Shown piece by piece: positions 61,920-64,000 of a stretch of 64,000 nt of DNA (positions within the stretch are counted from its first letter, which is position 1; every line of letters begins with the position of its first letter). Below the pieces are notes generated by a model. The model did no database searches. It worked only from the letters and a program-made list of their open reading frames with translations, and was not told the origin of the DNA. The stretch is from Neoechinorhynchus agilis (Eukaryota > Animalia > Acanthocephala), in contig CM121342.1 of the NCBI GenBank assembly GCA_051530055.1, positions 530,797 through 594,796 of the forward strand, read 5' to 3'. A program made the position numbers and the translations under genes.

Positions 61920-64000
61920 TAAGGTGCAAAATGATGTTAAGTTTTGCTTTCAGTGTTGCTTCATATTGACACTGCTCTAAGACAGAGACAAATGATTAGC
62001 GATAAGAAGTTTTTGCATTAAATGGCCCTCTTAAGGGCCAATTAACGTTTTCTGAGATTTGGCAAATAAAGTTAAAAAATTTATTCTCTTTTTCGAATGA
62101 AGTTTTCTAAAGAGCTAAAAATGCAAGCAATTTGACTGATCTCACCCTTATATGATTGCGAAAACGGACGTATCGATTGTCTCCTTTAATTATTCATAAA
62201 TCGTGTTAAACATTGAATTTTATAACTTAAAGGTGCATTTACGTATTTTGGAAGTAAATATAGTATTTTTGGAATAAGACTCGAAGATGGGAAGCGAACG
62301 TTAACATTATGTACTATTTCTATCGTAATATTTATCGCAGAAATGATTTTTATTTTATAAAATTGTTTTTTCCAGAAAGTCTGATAGGATGCAAAATGAA
62401 CATAGCATTAAAAATATATTCGCATCACGTCTGCATTTACATGCAACAAATAATGAATAAGTTGGAAATGTCAGGCAAAATGAGGAAAGGAACAATCTAT
62501 TATTAGGAAGAGTGCTTCAGAGAATCTGAAGATCGTCAATGATTTTTATACGAATGATTATTAGTCGAATACTTAAAAAATAAAACTTTACAAAAGTTAT
62601 CAGGCGAAGGACAAAGGTTGGAACGTTAGGAGAATGTGATTAAAGTTCCAGAATCTGTACATGCCTAAAAGGTATTGCAGAATGTAGAGATTGAAGAGCC
62701 AACATTGCATGAGTATCGAAAAGCATCATGATTGAAGCCTAGTGATAGAGAAGATGGGTGATTAATATGGTCACTGTTTGTATGAAGTAGAAATTCGAAT
62801 AAGTTTAGACTCTTAAAGGTAAACACACGAACGCTTTTACGAACAAGACTAGAAAACAATTGGAGCGCTTTAATGCGTGATTTCAAGACTTGAGAAATAT
62901 TATCATAAGAAATTTTTCATTGTTGCCAGTATTTTACCAGCAAATAAACTTCATTATTTAAGTATACTGATCATAAATTCAGACGCAACTAAAGTTACTA
63001 ACATAGGTTATTTGCAAGAAAACTTTCAGAGTTCATCTGGATTTCTTAGGTAAAACAACGGCGACTATAAATTATGCCTGAGTGAAATTTTTGATACCGG
63101 TTGAGAAACCAGCCTCGCGCATTGATGTTTAATTTTTTAAAGTTAAGGAGAAAAACAATAGTTATCGCCCTGGCGAAAAATAGTGCAAAAGTTTCAGACA
63201 ATTTCGAAGCGAAATAATATTGGCGAAAAATCCAAAACTTCTCTCCTTATGAGATCTTATATCTTCTTTCTTTTTTATTTTGAAACTTCTCTATTTTGAT
63301 TGAAAGTCCTCGAACGCCTATATGAACTGATTGAGTCCTTCATTGCATTTGAGGATTTTTATTGTTAACAATTTTAATAAAAAGTGATAGGCTTGTATTG
63401 AAATTTGCATAGATTTTTTTCTGTGTTTAAGTTTGGCATTTTTCACGACTGATAATTTTTCCTTGGGCGCGTATTGCTATTTGCTCCAACCGTGAAAAAG
63501 GTTACACTTAGACACAAAATAAAAGTAACGGACTAGCCAGATTTTAAAAAAATATAATTTTTATTTAAAGATTAAGATCAAAAGTTAAGTAAGCAATAGA
63601 ATGATTTATTTAAGAGCTGTCATCCTTCAAAAAACGGAATTCGGCTATTTCAAACAATGGCGAGCAAAATAAGAACCCTGGTAATAGAGAAGGATGATTA
63701 GAAAGTTTTAGGTCAGGAAACAGCGTTATTTTTTTGAGATAAATACATACGCTTAAACTATTTCTATATCATTGTTCGTCATTCTTCACGGCTTTATACA
63801 TTTTTTATACAATACAACTTTCAGTTAAATGTTCATAATCCAGTCGTAATTTTTTTATTATAGATAACAGTTTTCGGCCAATCGAATGTTAAAGAAATTT
63901 AAGCACATCTCTTAACATATTGAGAATGATCCAAATTTTTACTTTTATTTCTATATTAAATTGTGGAACATTTATAAATTACGGTCGGTGAAACTAATAA

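Noticed and set aside
62309-63420. Short ORFs and a stop-riddled minus-strand frame near the right end
   Set aside because: No recognisable motifs.

Overview
This is eukaryotic, AT-rich genomic DNA with very small spliceosomal introns (41-52 bp in most junctions I could resolve) and strongly diverged proteins. A TAF1-type double bromodomain, an HP1-like gene, a tetraspanin-like gene and a Sec-containing SELENOK point to a fast-evolving metazoan; the species cannot be named from sequence alone. Layout: (1) 1-12.8 kb is a 144-bp satellite built from eight diverged 18-mers with T at nearly every third base. It ends in a layer of monomeric 18-mers that abuts a Penelope-like (PLE) RT fragment. (2) 13.9-30 kb holds compact host genes (TAF10, CHFR-like, tetraspanin-like, VPS45, a USP plus a decayed tandem paralog, HP1-like) and one decayed LINE. 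(3) 30-53 kb is a nest of tandem repeats and broken retroelements (two APE-LINE families, Ty3/gypsy, PLE, CRE/REL-type) with an island carrying PRMT5 and SELENOK. (4) 53.8-62 kb holds a CDC27-like TPR gene and two divergently oriented stand-alone double-bromodomain genes. The signals not shown in the ORF track that stand out most are: a gypsy LTR whose primer-binding site is complementary to its own LTR (self-priming geometry); a UGA-recoded SELENOK with a canonical type II SECIS; PLE hammerhead ribozymes, one intact and one core-mutated; and the 3' end of VPS45 copied into a LINE ORF1 23 kb away and then split by nested insertions. All calls come from reading by eye against remembered family motifs; no database search was run.
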